Source: Alphaproteobacteria bacterium (GTDB lineage: Bacteria; Pseudomonadota; Alphaproteobacteria; UBA828). From it: DNA of 64,000 nucleotides. The stretch covers positions 1,472,001-1,536,000 of the forward strand of contig CBDCCI010000002.1 in NCBI GenBank assembly GCA_965214705.1, read 5' to 3'. Of the stretch, positions 9,573 through 19,876 are shown piece by piece (position 1 is the stretch's first letter; the number at the start of each line of letters is the position of its first letter). The translations under genes were made by a program, and so were the position numbers. The notes under the pieces were generated by a model. That model saw only the letters and a program-made list of their open reading frames with translations, was not told where the DNA came from and did no database searches.

Positions 9573-11074
9573 GAGCCACTTGCAAAATTCCGCATTTGAG
9601 CGGGATTTTGCCGCCGTGGCGGTCAGATTGTCCTGGAAATCGGGACCGCTCTCTGTTCCTGTCGGGTTTCGGACAACGTCGACGGAGAGGGCGGCCCCAT
9701 GTCGCTGGGACAGACACTATCCGGATTCTGGCATCACATTCAAGCGGATCTTTTCCCGTGGCTTGAGGAGGAGCTCGGGCCGCTCGGCGAGAGGTACCGG
9801 CGCTTCGTCACCGTGCTTGAGCTTGCGCGGGTCGAGAGCTTCCTTCCCCATTTCCATGGCCTGCCCGGTCGGCCGGTCGAGGATCGGGCGGCCTTGGCCC
9901 GCGCCTTCATCGCCAAGGCGGTGTTCGACGTACCCACGACGCGCGCCCTGATCGAGCGCCTTGAGAACGACAAGACGCTACGCCGTCTCTGCGGCTGGAC
10001 CTATGCCGCAGAGATCCCGAGCGAGGCGACGTTTTCGCGGGCGTTTGCGGAGTTCTCCGAGAGTGCGTTGCCCGCTCGCGTGCATGAGGCGCTGATCAAG
10101 CAGACCCTCGGAGACCATCTGGTCGGGCACGTCTCGCGCGACTCGACGGCGATCGAGGCGCGCGAGAAGCCTCAGCCCAAGCCCAAGGCGGAGAAGCCGA
10201 AGCGCAAGCGCGGCCGCCCGCGCAAGGGCGAGGAGCGGCCCAAGGAGGAGCGCCGCGTGAAACGCCAGCTCACGATGAGCTTGCCCCAGATGCTCGACGA
10301 CCTGCCGAAAGCCTGCGACGTCGGCACCAAGCGCAACGCCAGGGGCCATACCACATCGTGGATCGGTTACAAGCTGCACATCGACGCCGCCGATGGCGGC
10401 ATTCCGATCAGTTGCATCCTGACGTCCGCCTCGCTGCACGACAGCCAGGCCGCGATCCCGCTGGCGAGTATGACCGCCGACCGCGTCACCAATCTGTACG
10501 ACCTCATGGACTCAGCCTATGACGCGCCCGAGATCGGCTGGCACAGCTACCTGCTGGGCCACGTCCCGATCATCGACGTCAACCCTCGCGACAAGGAGTA
10601 CAAGGAGGAGCTGGCGCGCGAGGCCAGGGCGCAGAGAGGCGTCGGTCACCGCCACCCGGCGGACGAGCGCTACAACGAGCGCTCGAACATCGAGCGCATC
10701 AACGGTGGGCTGAAGGACAACTGCGGGGGCCGCCATGTCCGCGTGCGCGGCCATGCCAAGGTTCATTGCCACCTGATGTTCGGCATCCTGGTGCTGACGG
10801 TCGACCAGCTGATGCGCCTCCTGGCCTGAGCGGCGCCTCCGTCGCTGTCACGCCGGCACGCCTCCCTCCGCGGAGGCGCAAAAAGCCATGTCCGCATCGC
10901 GACGGCGGGTCCAAAATGCGCCCGCATGGGCATCGGTTTGCGGCGAATCGGCGCCCCGGCGGCAGCCAGCGACGTCCGCTCGTCCCGAAGTTCATGTTAC
11001 GTTCCGACCGTCAATGTCCTCACGCCGGGCTCTCGGGAAAAGCAGACCGCGCCTGGGAGTTTTGCAAGTGGCTC
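9573..11074 (+). mobile_element. IS5/IS1182-like insertion sequence (1502 bp)
   Basis: Perfect 15-bp terminal IR GAGCCACTTGCAAAA; 4-bp target duplication CAAC at 9569-9572 and 11075-11078. Confidence 0.92.
9699..10829 (+). CDS. DDE transposase (IS5/IS1182-like)
   Basis: LRRLCGW, PSEATFSR, SRDSTAI, GYKLH, HDSQ, MDSAYD, RSNIERING. Confidence 0.9.
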   Translation: MSLGQTLSGFWHHIQADLFPWLEEELGPLGERYRRFVTVLELARVESFLPHFHGLPGRPVEDRAALARAFIAKAVFDVPTTRALIERLENDKTLRRLCGWTYAAEIPSEATFSRAFAEFSESALPARVHEALIKQTLGDHLVGHVSRDSTAIEAREKPQPKPKAEKPKRKRGRPRKGEERPKEERRVKRQLTMSLPQMLDDLPKACDVGTKRNARGHTTSWIGYKLHIDAADGGIPISCILTSASLHDSQAAIPLASMTADRVTNLYDLMDSAYDAPEIGWHSYLLGHVPIIDVNPRDKEYKEELAREARAQRGVGHRHPADERYNERSNIERINGGLKDNCGGRHVRVRGHAKVHCHLMFGILVLTVDQLMRLLA

Positions 11075-11308
11075 CAACGACTACGTCTTCGAGCGGCGCG
11101 TCGACTACAAATTCGACGATGGCACGACGGCCAGGCGCCGAATTGACCTGTACAAGCGCGATTGCTTCGTCATGGAGGCCAAGCAGTCCGCCAAGCGAAT
11201 CAAGGCGAAGAAGGCCGATCCTGACCAACCAGAGCTGATCCCCGAGGACGCCACGCCACACAAGTCAAGGCCGGCACAGCTACCCGCGGCACGGGGCGCT
11301 GGGACAAG

Positions 11309-14300
11309 GTGATGCGCGCCGCCAAGCGGCAGGCGGAGGACTACGCCCGCGCACTGCCGAAGGAGCACGGCTGGCCGCCCTTCATCCTGGTGGTCGACGT
11401 GGGTCACGTGATCGAGGTCTACGCCGACTTCTCCGGCCAGGGGAAGAACTACGCCCAGTTCCCTGACCGGGACGGCTATTCCATCCCGCTGTCAGGTCTG
11501 CGCGACCAGACGATCCGCGACCAGCTGCGTGCGATCTGGTGTGACCCGCATTCCCTCGATCCCGCCAAGCACAGCGCCGAAATCACCCGCGACATCGCCG
11601 AGCGCTTGGCGCGCATCGCCCTCAGCCTGGAAGGCAAGCACGACCCCAAGGAGGTCGCCGAATTCCTCATGCGCTGCCTCTTCACAATGTTCGCGGAGGA
11701 TGTCGGTCTGCTGCCCAAGAAGGGGTTCGAGACGCTGCTGGGCGAGATGGTGGACACGCCCAAACATTTCGCCCCGGCGCTGGAGAGCCTGTGGCGGGTC
11801 ATGGACGAGGGCGGTTACGCCCCGCATCTGAACGCGACGATCAAGCGCTTCAACGGCACGCTGTTCAGGAAGCGCAAGGCGATCGCACTGGAGAAGGACG
11901 ATATCAGCGAGCTTCACATCGCTGCCGGGCGGGACTGGCGCGACGTCGAGCCCGCCATCTTCGGCACGCTGCTGGAGCGTGCGCTCGACAAGAAGGAGCG
12001 GGCCAAGCTCGGCGCCCACTACACGCCGCGCGCCTACGTCGAGCGGCTGGTCGTCCCCACGATCATCGAGCCGCTCCGCGCCGACTGGGAGGAGGCGCTG
12101 ACCCGCGCCCACGCGCTGGAGGGGGAGGGCAAGCACCAGGCGGCGCTGCAGGCGATCAAGGACTTTCACCACCGGCTTTGCACCACCCGCGTGCTGGACC
12201 CCGCCTGCGGCACCGGCAACTTCCTTTACGTCTCGCTGGAACTGATGAAGCGGCTGGAAGGCGAGGTTCTGGAGGTGCTGGCCGACCTGGGCGAAAGAAC
12301 ATCGCGCCTCGCGTTGGAAGGCGTGAGCGTCAGCCCGCGCCAATTCTACGGTCTGGAACTCAACCCCCGCGCCGTCGCCATCGCCGATCTGGTGCTGTGG
12401 ATCGGCTTTCTCAAGTGGCAGCTTCGGACCATTGCGGCCGAGAGCATCGGCGAACCCGTTCTCCACGCCTACGGCACGATCAAGGAGCAGGACGCGATCC
12501 TGGCCTGGGACAAGCAGGAACTCCTCCGCGACGAGAACGGCCTGCCGCTCTCCCGCTGGGACGGCGTGACCATGAAGCTCCACCCCATCACGGGCGAGGA
12601 GATTCCCGATCCCGACGCCACGGTGGAACTCTACCGCTACGAGAACCCGCGCCGGGCCGCGTGGCCGGAGGCCGAGTTCATCGTGGGCAACCCGCCGTTC
12701 ATCGGTGGCAAGGACATGCGTGCGGAACTGGGAAGCGGATACGCCGAGGCGGCGTGGAAGGCCCGCTCGAAAATCCCAGGTGGCGCCGACTTCGTCATGC
12801 ACTTCTGGGACGAGGCGGCGACCCGGCTCTTACGCAAACCGGTGAAGGGCAAGACGAACCCGCTGCGTCGCTTCGGCTTCATCACCACCAACTCCGTGAC
12901 CCAGACCTTCTCCCGCCGCGTGATCGAACGGCACGCGCGGGCGAAGGAGCCACTGTCCCTGCTGTTTGCCGTGCCCGACCACCCCTGGCAGAAGGCGGCA
13001 GGCAAGGCGGCGGTGCGCATCGCCATGACCGTCGCCGCCCGCGGCGAACGGGAGGGTACACTGGCCACGGTGTTGCACGAGAGCGGGCTCGAAACGGACA
13101 CGCCGGTCGTCGAATTGAACGAAGGGACAGGAAGGATCAACGGCAGCCTGAAGATTGGAGCAAGTCTATCGGTAGTCCAACCGATGATGGCGAACGAGGC
13201 TATTTGCAGTAGAGGCGTCTCACTCCACGGTTCCGGTTTCATCGTGTCCTCAAATCAGGCTGAGGTCCTCGGCCTTGGAACAACGCCGGGGCTGGAGAAC
13301 CATATCCTGCCCTACCGCAATGGCCGCGACATTGCCCAGCGTCCGCGCGGAGTCATGGTGATTGATCTCTTCCAACTTTCAGACGACGATGTGCGCGACC
13401 GATTCCCGAAGGTATATCAGCACGTTATCGAACGAGTGAAGCCGGAGCGGGATCAGAACAATCGGAACACCTATCGAGATTTCTGGTGGATTTTCGGCGA
13501 ACCACGTTCTGATTTCAGGCCGGTACTGGAACCACTCGATCACTATATCGCGACGGTCGAGACATCGAAACACCGATTTTTTCAGTTCCTCGATGTGAAT
13601 ATTCGGCCAGACAATAAGCTGGTGGGCATTGGATTGAAGAAGGGCTCATCGTTGTCGATTTTGAGTTCTCGGGTTCACGTCCATTGGTCGATCAACAGCG
13701 GGAGTTGGATGGGCGTCGGGAATGATTCCGTTTACGCCAAATCGAAGACCTTTGATCCATTTCCGTTTCCCGCAACCGAGACCGCCGACGCACTGGAAGA
13801 GCTGGGTGATCGCCTCGACACGTTCCGCAAGGAACGCCTCGCCGAACACGACTTCCTGACCATGACCGAACTCTACAACGTGCTGGAGCGGAGGCGGGAG
13901 CTGGAGAACGGCTGCGACGTGCCACGCTTAACGGCGAAGGAGAAGGATATCCACGAGGCGGGACTGATTTCCGTCTTGAAGGACATCCACGACCATATCG
14001 ACCGTGCCGTGTTCGAGTCCTATGGCTGGGCCGATCTGATCCCTACACTGGTCGGCAAGCCGGGGGCGACGATGCCTTCGCCCCACAAGACGCCGGAGCA
14101 AGAGGAGGCAGAGGAAGAGGAAGAGCTGCTTACGCGCCTTGTCGCCTTGAACCAGGAGCGAGCAGCAGAAGAGCGGCGCGGCACCGTGCGCTGGCTGCGG
14201 CCCGACTATCAGATCCCCAAGCTCGGCCACAAGGTGAAGGCACCCGAAGACGTCGAGCAGGTCGAGGCCCAGCTAGTGGTGCCAGCACCTGCCGACGGCA

Positions 14301-14533
14301 AGCTGGCTTGGCCGAAGGATGAGATGGACCGCATCCGTATCGTCCGCGACATGTTGGGCCACGCGCCCGGCCCACTGGGGCCTGAAGTCCTGAGCACCGC
14401 GTTCAGGGGTAAGAATACGCTCCGACGCACGAAGGGAGTGGAGAAGGCTCTCCAAACCCTCGTCGCCGCCGGCGTTGCCCAGCAAGGGATCGACGGACAG
14501 GACGGCGGCAGCCGATATTTCATTCCGCGCTAA
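11309..14533 (+). CDS. residual open frame: N6-adenine DNA methyltransferase + target recognition domain of the MmeI-like enzyme
   Basis: IFGTLLE, LGAHYTPR, LDPACGTGNFL (motif I), IVGNPPF (motif IV), FDPFPFP. Confidence 0.85.
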   Translation: MMRAAKRQAEDYARALPKEHGWPPFILVVDVGHVIEVYADFSGQGKNYAQFPDRDGYSIPLSGLRDQTIRDQLRAIWCDPHSLDPAKHSAEITRDIAERLARIALSLEGKHDPKEVAEFLMRCLFTMFAEDVGLLPKKGFETLLGEMVDTPKHFAPALESLWRVMDEGGYAPHLNATIKRFNGTLFRKRKAIALEKDDISELHIAAGRDWRDVEPAIFGTLLERALDKKERAKLGAHYTPRAYVERLVVPTIIEPLRADWEEALTRAHALEGEGKHQAALQAIKDFHHRLCTTRVLDPACGTGNFLYVSLELMKRLEGEVLEVLADLGERTSRLALEGVSVSPRQFYGLELNPRAVAIADLVLWIGFLKWQLRTIAAESIGEPVLHAYGTIKEQDAILAWDKQELLRDENGLPLSRWDGVTMKLHPITGEEIPDPDATVELYRYENPRRAAWPEAEFIVGNPPFIGGKDMRAELGSGYAEAAWKARSKIPGGADFVMHFWDEAATRLLRKPVKGKTNPLRRFGFITTNSVTQTFSRRVIERHARAKEPLSLLFAVPDHPWQKAAGKAAVRIAMTVAARGEREGTLATVLHESGLETDTPVVELNEGTGRINGSLKIGASLSVVQPMMANEAICSRGVSLHGSGFIVSSNQAEVLGLGTTPGLENHILPYRNGRDIAQRPRGVMVIDLFQLSDDDVRDRFPKVYQHVIERVKPERDQNNRNTYRDFWWIFGEPRSDFRPVLEPLDHYIATVETSKHRFFQFLDVNIRPDNKLVGIGLKKGSSLSILSSRVHVHWSINSGSWMGVGNDSVYAKSKTFDPFPFPATETADALEELGDRLDTFRKERLAEHDFLTMTELYNVLERRRELENGCDVPRLTAKEKDIHEAGLISVLKDIHDHIDRAVFESYGWADLIPTLVGKPGATMPSPHKTPEQEEAEEEEELLTRLVALNQERAAEERRGTVRWLRPDYQIPKLGHKVKAPEDVEQVEAQLVVPAPADGKLAWPKDEMDRIRIVRDMLGHAPGPLGPEVLSTAFRGKNTLRRTKGVEKALQTLVAAGVAQQGIDGQDGGSRYFIPR

Positions 14534-14700
14534 ACTCTCATGCTCCGGCTGCGGACGGTCTCGCGATACGCAAGTTCGACAAGCGCCGGTCTCTCTAATC
14601 TCGTGCCCCTCAATGCGCTGGCTCCGTCCCGGTTTACGCCTTCGCCGTGCCGCCCTATCGTCCGCCGCAATAGAAGCTCCGGGGCGGAGGGCGGCGGCGC

Positions 14701-15869
14701 ATGGCGATCCACTTCACGAGGGACGAGTTCGACCAGCGACGCGATGCGGTGGTCCGCGCGCTGAAGGGGCGCGGCCTCTTCGGCATCCTGCTCTTCAAGC
14801 AGGAGAGCATGTACTACCTGACCGGCTACGACACCTTCGGGTTCTGCTTCTTCCAGTGCCTCTGGCTCGGCAGCGACGGGCGGATGACCCTGCTCACCCG
14901 CGCGCCGGACCTGAGACAGGCGCAGCACACCTCGATCATCGAGGACATCCGCATCTGGGTCGACGAAGCCGGCGCGGACCCTGCTGGCGCGCTCCGCGAT
15001 GTGGTCACCGGGCACGGCGGTGCTGGCACCTTGATCGGCGTCGAGCGCGACACCCAAGGCCTGACCGCGGCAAACTGGCTCAGGGTCGAGCGGGCGTTCG
15101 ACGAGTTCTGCACGCTGGAGGATGCGTCCGACCTCGTCTCCGCGCTCCGCTTGGTCAAGAGCGACGATGAGCTTGCCCACGTGCGCCGCGCGGCCGAACT
15201 CGCCGACGACGCCCTGGCGGAGGCCGAGCGGCTGGCCGCGCCGGACGCGTTCGAGGGCGACATCCTGGCCGCGATGCAAGGCGCGGTTTTCAAGGGCGGC
15301 GGCGAGTATCCCGGCAACCCTTCATCCTCAGCTCCGGCCCCGACGCGCTCTTGTGCCGGGACAAGGCCGGGCGCCGCCGGCTCGCGGAGCAGGACCAGCT
15401 CACCCTTGAGTTCGCCGGCGCCTATCGCCGCTATCACGCTGCGCTCATGCGCACCCTCGTGGTCGGCCCGGTCTCCGACGAGCACAAGGCCATGCATCGG
15501 GCCTGCAGCGACGCGCTTGACGCGTGCCGGGATACCCTGCACCCCGGCCGGCGCTTTGGCGAGGTCTTCGATGCCCACGCACGCGTGCTCGACAAGGCGG
15601 GCTACCGCAAGCATCGCCTCAACGCCTGCGGCTACAGCCTGGGCGCGACGTTCGCCCCGTCGTGGATGGACGGCCCCATGTTCTACACCGGCAATCCGCA
15701 GACCGTGGAGCCCGGCATGGTGCTCTTCGTCCATATCATTCTTGCGAACAGCGATGACGGGCTCGCCATGACGCTGGGCGAGACCTACGCGATCGGGGAT
15801 GACGGCCCGGAGTGCCTCAGCCGAGCGCCGCGCAACCTCGCGCCCGGCGGTGGAGGGGCCGCCGGATAA
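14701..15869 (+). pseudogene. M24 Xaa-Pro peptidase / ectoine-hydrolase-like gene with a one-base frameshift
   Basis: QESMYYLTGYD, LRLVKSDDE, then second frame LTLEFAGAYRRYHAALMRT, CGYSLG, EPGMVLFVH; one base missing at CCC 15318-15320. Confidence 0.8.
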
Positions 15870-15872
15870 GCC

Positions 15873-17495
15873 ATGTACGAGGTCGCTCTCACCGAGGCTT
15901 ACTTCCCGGCGCAGAAGGATATCGACGTTCGCGAGATCACCGTCGGCGGGCTGCTGCGCGAGACCGCCGCGCGGCGTGCGGAAGCGGAGGCGCTGGTCGA
16001 AGTCCGGCAGTCCGGCGAGATCGGACGGCGCTGGACCTATGCGGCGTTGCTTGCGGATAGCGAACGGCTGGCGGCGGCGTTGGCGTCGCGCTTCCGCCCC
16101 GGCGAACGGGTCGTCGTGTGGGCGCCCAACAGCCCGGAATGGGTGCTGATGGAGTACGCCTGCGCCCTCGCCGGGCTGGTGCTGGTGACGGCGAACCCGG
16201 CCTACCAGGTGCGCGAGCTGCGTTACGTGCTGGAGCAGTCGGGCGCCGTCGCGCTGTTTCTGGTCGAGCAGTTCCGGGGCAACCCGATGGCCGAGATCGG
16301 TGCCGCGGCCGCCGCCGGCCTGGACGCGGTCCGCGAGATCGTCGACATGAACGATGCGGCGGCGCTCCATGCCGTGGGCGGGGAGGGACCGCCGGCGTTG
16401 CCCGCCGTGGCGCCCGGCGATGCGGCACAGATTCAATACACCTCCGGCACGACGGGCTTTCCCAAGGGCGCGGTGCTGAGCCATCGCGGGCTGGTCAACA
16501 ACGCGCGCTATTACGCAGGCCGCTGCGGCGTGACTGAGCGCACCACCTGGATCAACCCCATGCCGATGTTCCACACCAGCGGATGCGGCATGTTGACCTT
16601 GGGCTCGCTCCAGGCCGGCTGCCGGATGGTCCTGGTCAGCCTGTTCGACCCGCACGTCGTCGTCGGCCTGATCGAAAGCCAGAGGGCGACCATCGCTCTC
16701 GGCGTGCCGACGATGATCCTCGCCATGCTCGACGCCCACGAAGCCGCGCGCTGCGACACCTCGTCGCTGGAAATGGTGAACAGCGGTGGTGCCATGGTGG
16801 CGCCGGAGCTGGTGCGCCGCGCGCAGCGGAACTTCGGTTGCGCGTTCTCCACCGTTTACGGCCAGACCGAGCACAGCCCGCTCATCACCCAGCACTATAG
16901 CGGCGACACCATCGACGATATCTGCAACACGGTGGGGCAACCCATTCCGCAAACCGACGTCTCGATCCGGCGCGTTGCCGACAACAGCACCGCCGCCATC
17001 GACGAGATCGGCGAAATCTGCGCCCGCGGGCCGAGCGTCATGCTGGGGTATCACGACAACGAGGCGGCGACGGCCGAGGCCATCGACGCCGATGGCTGGC
17101 TCCACACGGGCGACCTCGGGCGCATGGATGCGCGCGGCTACGTCACGATCACCGGCCGGGTGAAGGAGATGATCATCCGTGGCGGCGAGAACCACTTTCC
17201 AGCCGAGATCGAGAACGTCCTGCTCGAGCATGCAAGCGTGGCCGAGGTCGCCGTGGTCGGCCTGCCCGACGAGACCTGGGGCGAGGTGATCGCCGCCTTC
17301 GTTCGCACCGAAGGCGGGCGGGAGGTGGACAGGGACGCCCTGCATGCTCATTGCCGCGCGAGCCTTTCGCCCCAGAAGACGCCGACGGTCTGGAGCCGTG
17401 TCGACGCGTTCCCGATGACGGGCTCGGGCAAGATCCAGAAATTCGTGTTGCGGGACGGCTACCTCGCGGGGCAGTACCGAGGGGGGCCACGATGA
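15873..17495 (+). CDS. acyl-CoA synthetase (AMP-binding enzyme)
   Basis: YTSGTTGFPKG, YGQTE, GWLHTGDLG, GSGKIQK. Confidence 0.94.
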   Translation: MYEVALTEAYFPAQKDIDVREITVGGLLRETAARRAEAEALVEVRQSGEIGRRWTYAALLADSERLAAALASRFRPGERVVVWAPNSPEWVLMEYACALAGLVLVTANPAYQVRELRYVLEQSGAVALFLVEQFRGNPMAEIGAAAAAGLDAVREIVDMNDAAALHAVGGEGPPALPAVAPGDAAQIQYTSGTTGFPKGAVLSHRGLVNNARYYAGRCGVTERTTWINPMPMFHTSGCGMLTLGSLQAGCRMVLVSLFDPHVVVGLIESQRATIALGVPTMILAMLDAHEAARCDTSSLEMVNSGGAMVAPELVRRAQRNFGCAFSTVYGQTEHSPLITQHYSGDTIDDICNTVGQPIPQTDVSIRRVADNSTAAIDEIGEICARGPSVMLGYHDNEAATAEAIDADGWLHTGDLGRMDARGYVTITGRVKEMIIRGGENHFPAEIENVLLEHASVAEVAVVGLPDETWGEVIAAFVRTEGGREVDRDALHAHCRASLSPQKTPTVWSRVDAFPMTGSGKIQKFVLRDGYLAGQYRGGPR

Positions 17496-18364
17496 CGACG
17501 CCAGTCCTCTACGAACGCGATGGCCGGATCGCGCGGATCACGCTCAACCGCCCGGAGGTGCTGAACGCCATCGACGACGAACTGCCGGGCGCGCTCTCGG
17601 ACGCCGTGGCGCAGGCCGATGCCGATCCGGGCGTCCACGTGATGGTGCTCTCGGGCGCGGGGCGGGCCTTCTGCGCGGGCTACGACCTCACGCGCTACGC
17701 GAGCGGAGAAACCGGCGAGGACGATGGCAGCTACACGGGCCAGGAGATGCCCTGGGACCCGATCAAGGACTACGCGTTCATGTGGGCGAACACCCAGCAC
17801 TTCATGGCGCTCTGGCGGGCGCTGAAGCCGGTGATCTGCAAGGTGCACGGCTTCGCGCTCGCGGGCGGCTCGGACATCGCACTCTGCGCCGATCTCACGC
17901 TCATCGCAGACGACGCAGAGATCGGCTACATGCCGGCGCGGGTCTGGGGCTGCCCCACGACCGCCATGTGGGTCTATCGCCTAGGGCCCGAGAAGGCGAA
18001 GCGAATGCTCTTCACCGGGGACAGGATCACCGGCAGGGAGGCCGCCGACATGGGCCTCGTGCTGAAGGCCGTGCCCGCGGCGGCGCTCGACGACGAGGTG
18101 GAGGCGCTGGCCCGGCGCATGGCGAGCGTGCCGGTCAACCAGCTGGCCATGCAGAAGCTGGTCATCAATCAGGCGACCGAAGCCACCGGTCTCATGAACA
18201 CCCAAAGGCTCGCCACGATCTTCGACGGCATCACACGCCATTCGCCGGAGGGCGTGAACTTCAAGAAGCGGGCCGAGGAGGTCGGCTGGAAGCAAGCCGT
18301 GCAGGAACGCGATGCAGGCACCTACGATTGGACTCTGAACAGGCCGATCGAAGGCTCGGACTGA
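17492..18364 (+). CDS. crotonase/enoyl-CoA hydratase family protein
   Basis: ITLNRPEVLNAI, FCAGYDL, KVHGFALAGG; ATGA overlap with the upstream stop. Confidence 0.9.
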   Translation: MTTPVLYERDGRIARITLNRPEVLNAIDDELPGALSDAVAQADADPGVHVMVLSGAGRAFCAGYDLTRYASGETGEDDGSYTGQEMPWDPIKDYAFMWANTQHFMALWRALKPVICKVHGFALAGGSDIALCADLTLIADDAEIGYMPARVWGCPTTAMWVYRLGPEKAKRMLFTGDRITGREAADMGLVLKAVPAAALDDEVEALARRMASVPVNQLAMQKLVINQATEATGLMNTQRLATIFDGITRHSPEGVNFKKRAEEVGWKQAVQERDAGTYDWTLNRPIEGSD

Positions 18365-18499
18365 CCTTCTCTTTTCGCGCTGCCCCCTCCGGCCGTAACC
18401 GTTTCGAAATTTCCGCGTCAGGACATTGGCTTGACGGTCCCCAACCCGAGGGATAGCCTCTTGAAATAGGTGGTCGGAGATGTGGGAGGCACGGAGACC

Positions 18500-19774
18500 A
18501 TGCTAATGAAATCAAACCATAAATTGAGCCGTCGCGGGTGGCTGAAGCGGTCACTCGCGTTGGCAATCGTCGCCGGGGCGGTTGCGCTCTCGGCGCCGGC
18601 ACAAGCAAACGACACCATCAAGATCGGCTTCAGCATGGCGCTCACCGGCGGTCTCGCCGGGGCGGGCAAGGGCGCGCTCATCGCCATGCAGGTATGGGCC
18701 GAGGACACCAACGCCGCGGGCGGGCTGCTCGGCAAGCAGGTCGAGCTGGTCTACTACGACGACCAGACCAACCCCGCGAACGTGCCCGGCATCTATACGA
18801 AGCTGCTCGACGTCGACGATGTCGACTTCGTGGTGTCCGGTTATGGTACGAACCTGATCGCGCCGGCCATGCCGATCGTGATGCAGCGCGGTCTCGTCTT
18901 TCCGTCGCTGTTCGGCCTCGCGGTCAACGAGAAGTTCAACTATCCGAACTATTTCCAGATCATGCCGGCAGGGCCGGAGCCGTTGACCGACTGGTCGAAG
19001 GGCTTCTACAGCGTTGCCATGGCGCAGGATCCGCCGCCGAAGACGATCGCGCTCGTGGGCGCCGATGCTGAGTTCGCCAAGAACGCGGTCAAGGGCGCCC
19101 GGATCCAGGCGGAAGCACTGGGACTCGAGATCGTCTATGACGAGTCCTACCACCCGAAGACGCCGGACTTCACCCCGATCGTCAACGCCATTCAGGCGCG
19201 CAATCCGGATATGGTGTTTGTCGGCTCGTACCCGCCCGATTCGGTCGGGATGGTGAAGGCGGCTACCGAGGTTGGCCTCAAGACCAAGATTTTCGGCGGC
19301 GGCATGGTGGGGCTTCAGTTCGCCTCGATCATGACGGCGCTCGGGCCGAAGCTGAACGGCATCGTGAACTACGATTTCTGGGTGCCGGAGCCGACGCTGA
19401 AGTTCGAGGGCGTCGAGGCGTTCCTCGCCAAGTACCAGAAGGCGGCCGAGGGCCAGGGCGTGGACCCGTTGGGCTACTATCTCCAACCCTACGCCTATGC
19501 GTATCTGCAGGTGCTGGGGCAGGCGATCACCGCCACCAACAGTGCGGATCACGCCGTCATCGGGGAGTACATCCGCAACAACTCGTTCGACACGGTGGTC
19601 GGCAACGTGAGCTTCGCCCCGAACGGCGAGTGGGCGAAGACGCGGGTGCTGATGGTCCAGTACCAGGGGATCGAGGACAACGAGCTCGCGACCTTCACCA
19701 AGGCCGGGACGCGCGTCGTGCTCTATCCCGAGGAGTGGAAGTCGGGGACCGTCAACTACCCCTACGCCGAGTAG
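18500..19774 (+). CDS. branched-chain amino acid-type ABC transporter substrate-binding protein (Tat signal)
   Basis: SRRGWLK twin-arginine motif, AQA cleavage site, IKIGFSMALTG, NAAGGLLGKQVELVYYDD. Confidence 0.9.
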   Translation: MLMKSNHKLSRRGWLKRSLALAIVAGAVALSAPAQANDTIKIGFSMALTGGLAGAGKGALIAMQVWAEDTNAAGGLLGKQVELVYYDDQTNPANVPGIYTKLLDVDDVDFVVSGYGTNLIAPAMPIVMQRGLVFPSLFGLAVNEKFNYPNYFQIMPAGPEPLTDWSKGFYSVAMAQDPPPKTIALVGADAEFAKNAVKGARIQAEALGLEIVYDESYHPKTPDFTPIVNAIQARNPDMVFVGSYPPDSVGMVKAATEVGLKTKIFGGGMVGLQFASIMTALGPKLNGIVNYDFWVPEPTLKFEGVEAFLAKYQKAAEGQGVDPLGYYLQPYAYAYLQVLGQAITATNSADHAVIGEYIRNNSFDTVVGNVSFAPNGEWAKTRVLMVQYQGIEDNELATFTKAGTRVVLYPEEWKSGTVNYPYAE

Positions 19775-19815
19775 CCAGCGCTCCCGAGAGGAGCCTGACA
19801 GCGACTGCCAATGGG

Positions 19816-19849
19816 AATGTCATCCCGCCGCATTCGACGGGATGACATT
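19816..19849. other. intergenic stem-loop after the SBP gene (probable mRNA stabiliser/attenuator)
   Basis: 12-bp perfect IR AATGTCATCCCG / CGGGATGACATT. Confidence 0.6.
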
Positions 19850-19876
19850 TCCTATTACCGGTAGGACGGCCAGCGG

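Larger units (their letters stand above)
9381..14533 (+). pseudogene. MmeI-like (type IIL/IIG) restriction-modification enzyme gene, interrupted in its N-terminal nuclease region
   Basis: FISRW..SGGSESANFQMF N-terminus, then IS, then DYVFER..RIDLYKRDCFVMEAKQ (PD-(D/E)xK), then frameshift near 11250; reconstruction gives 1213 aa. Confidence 0.88.
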
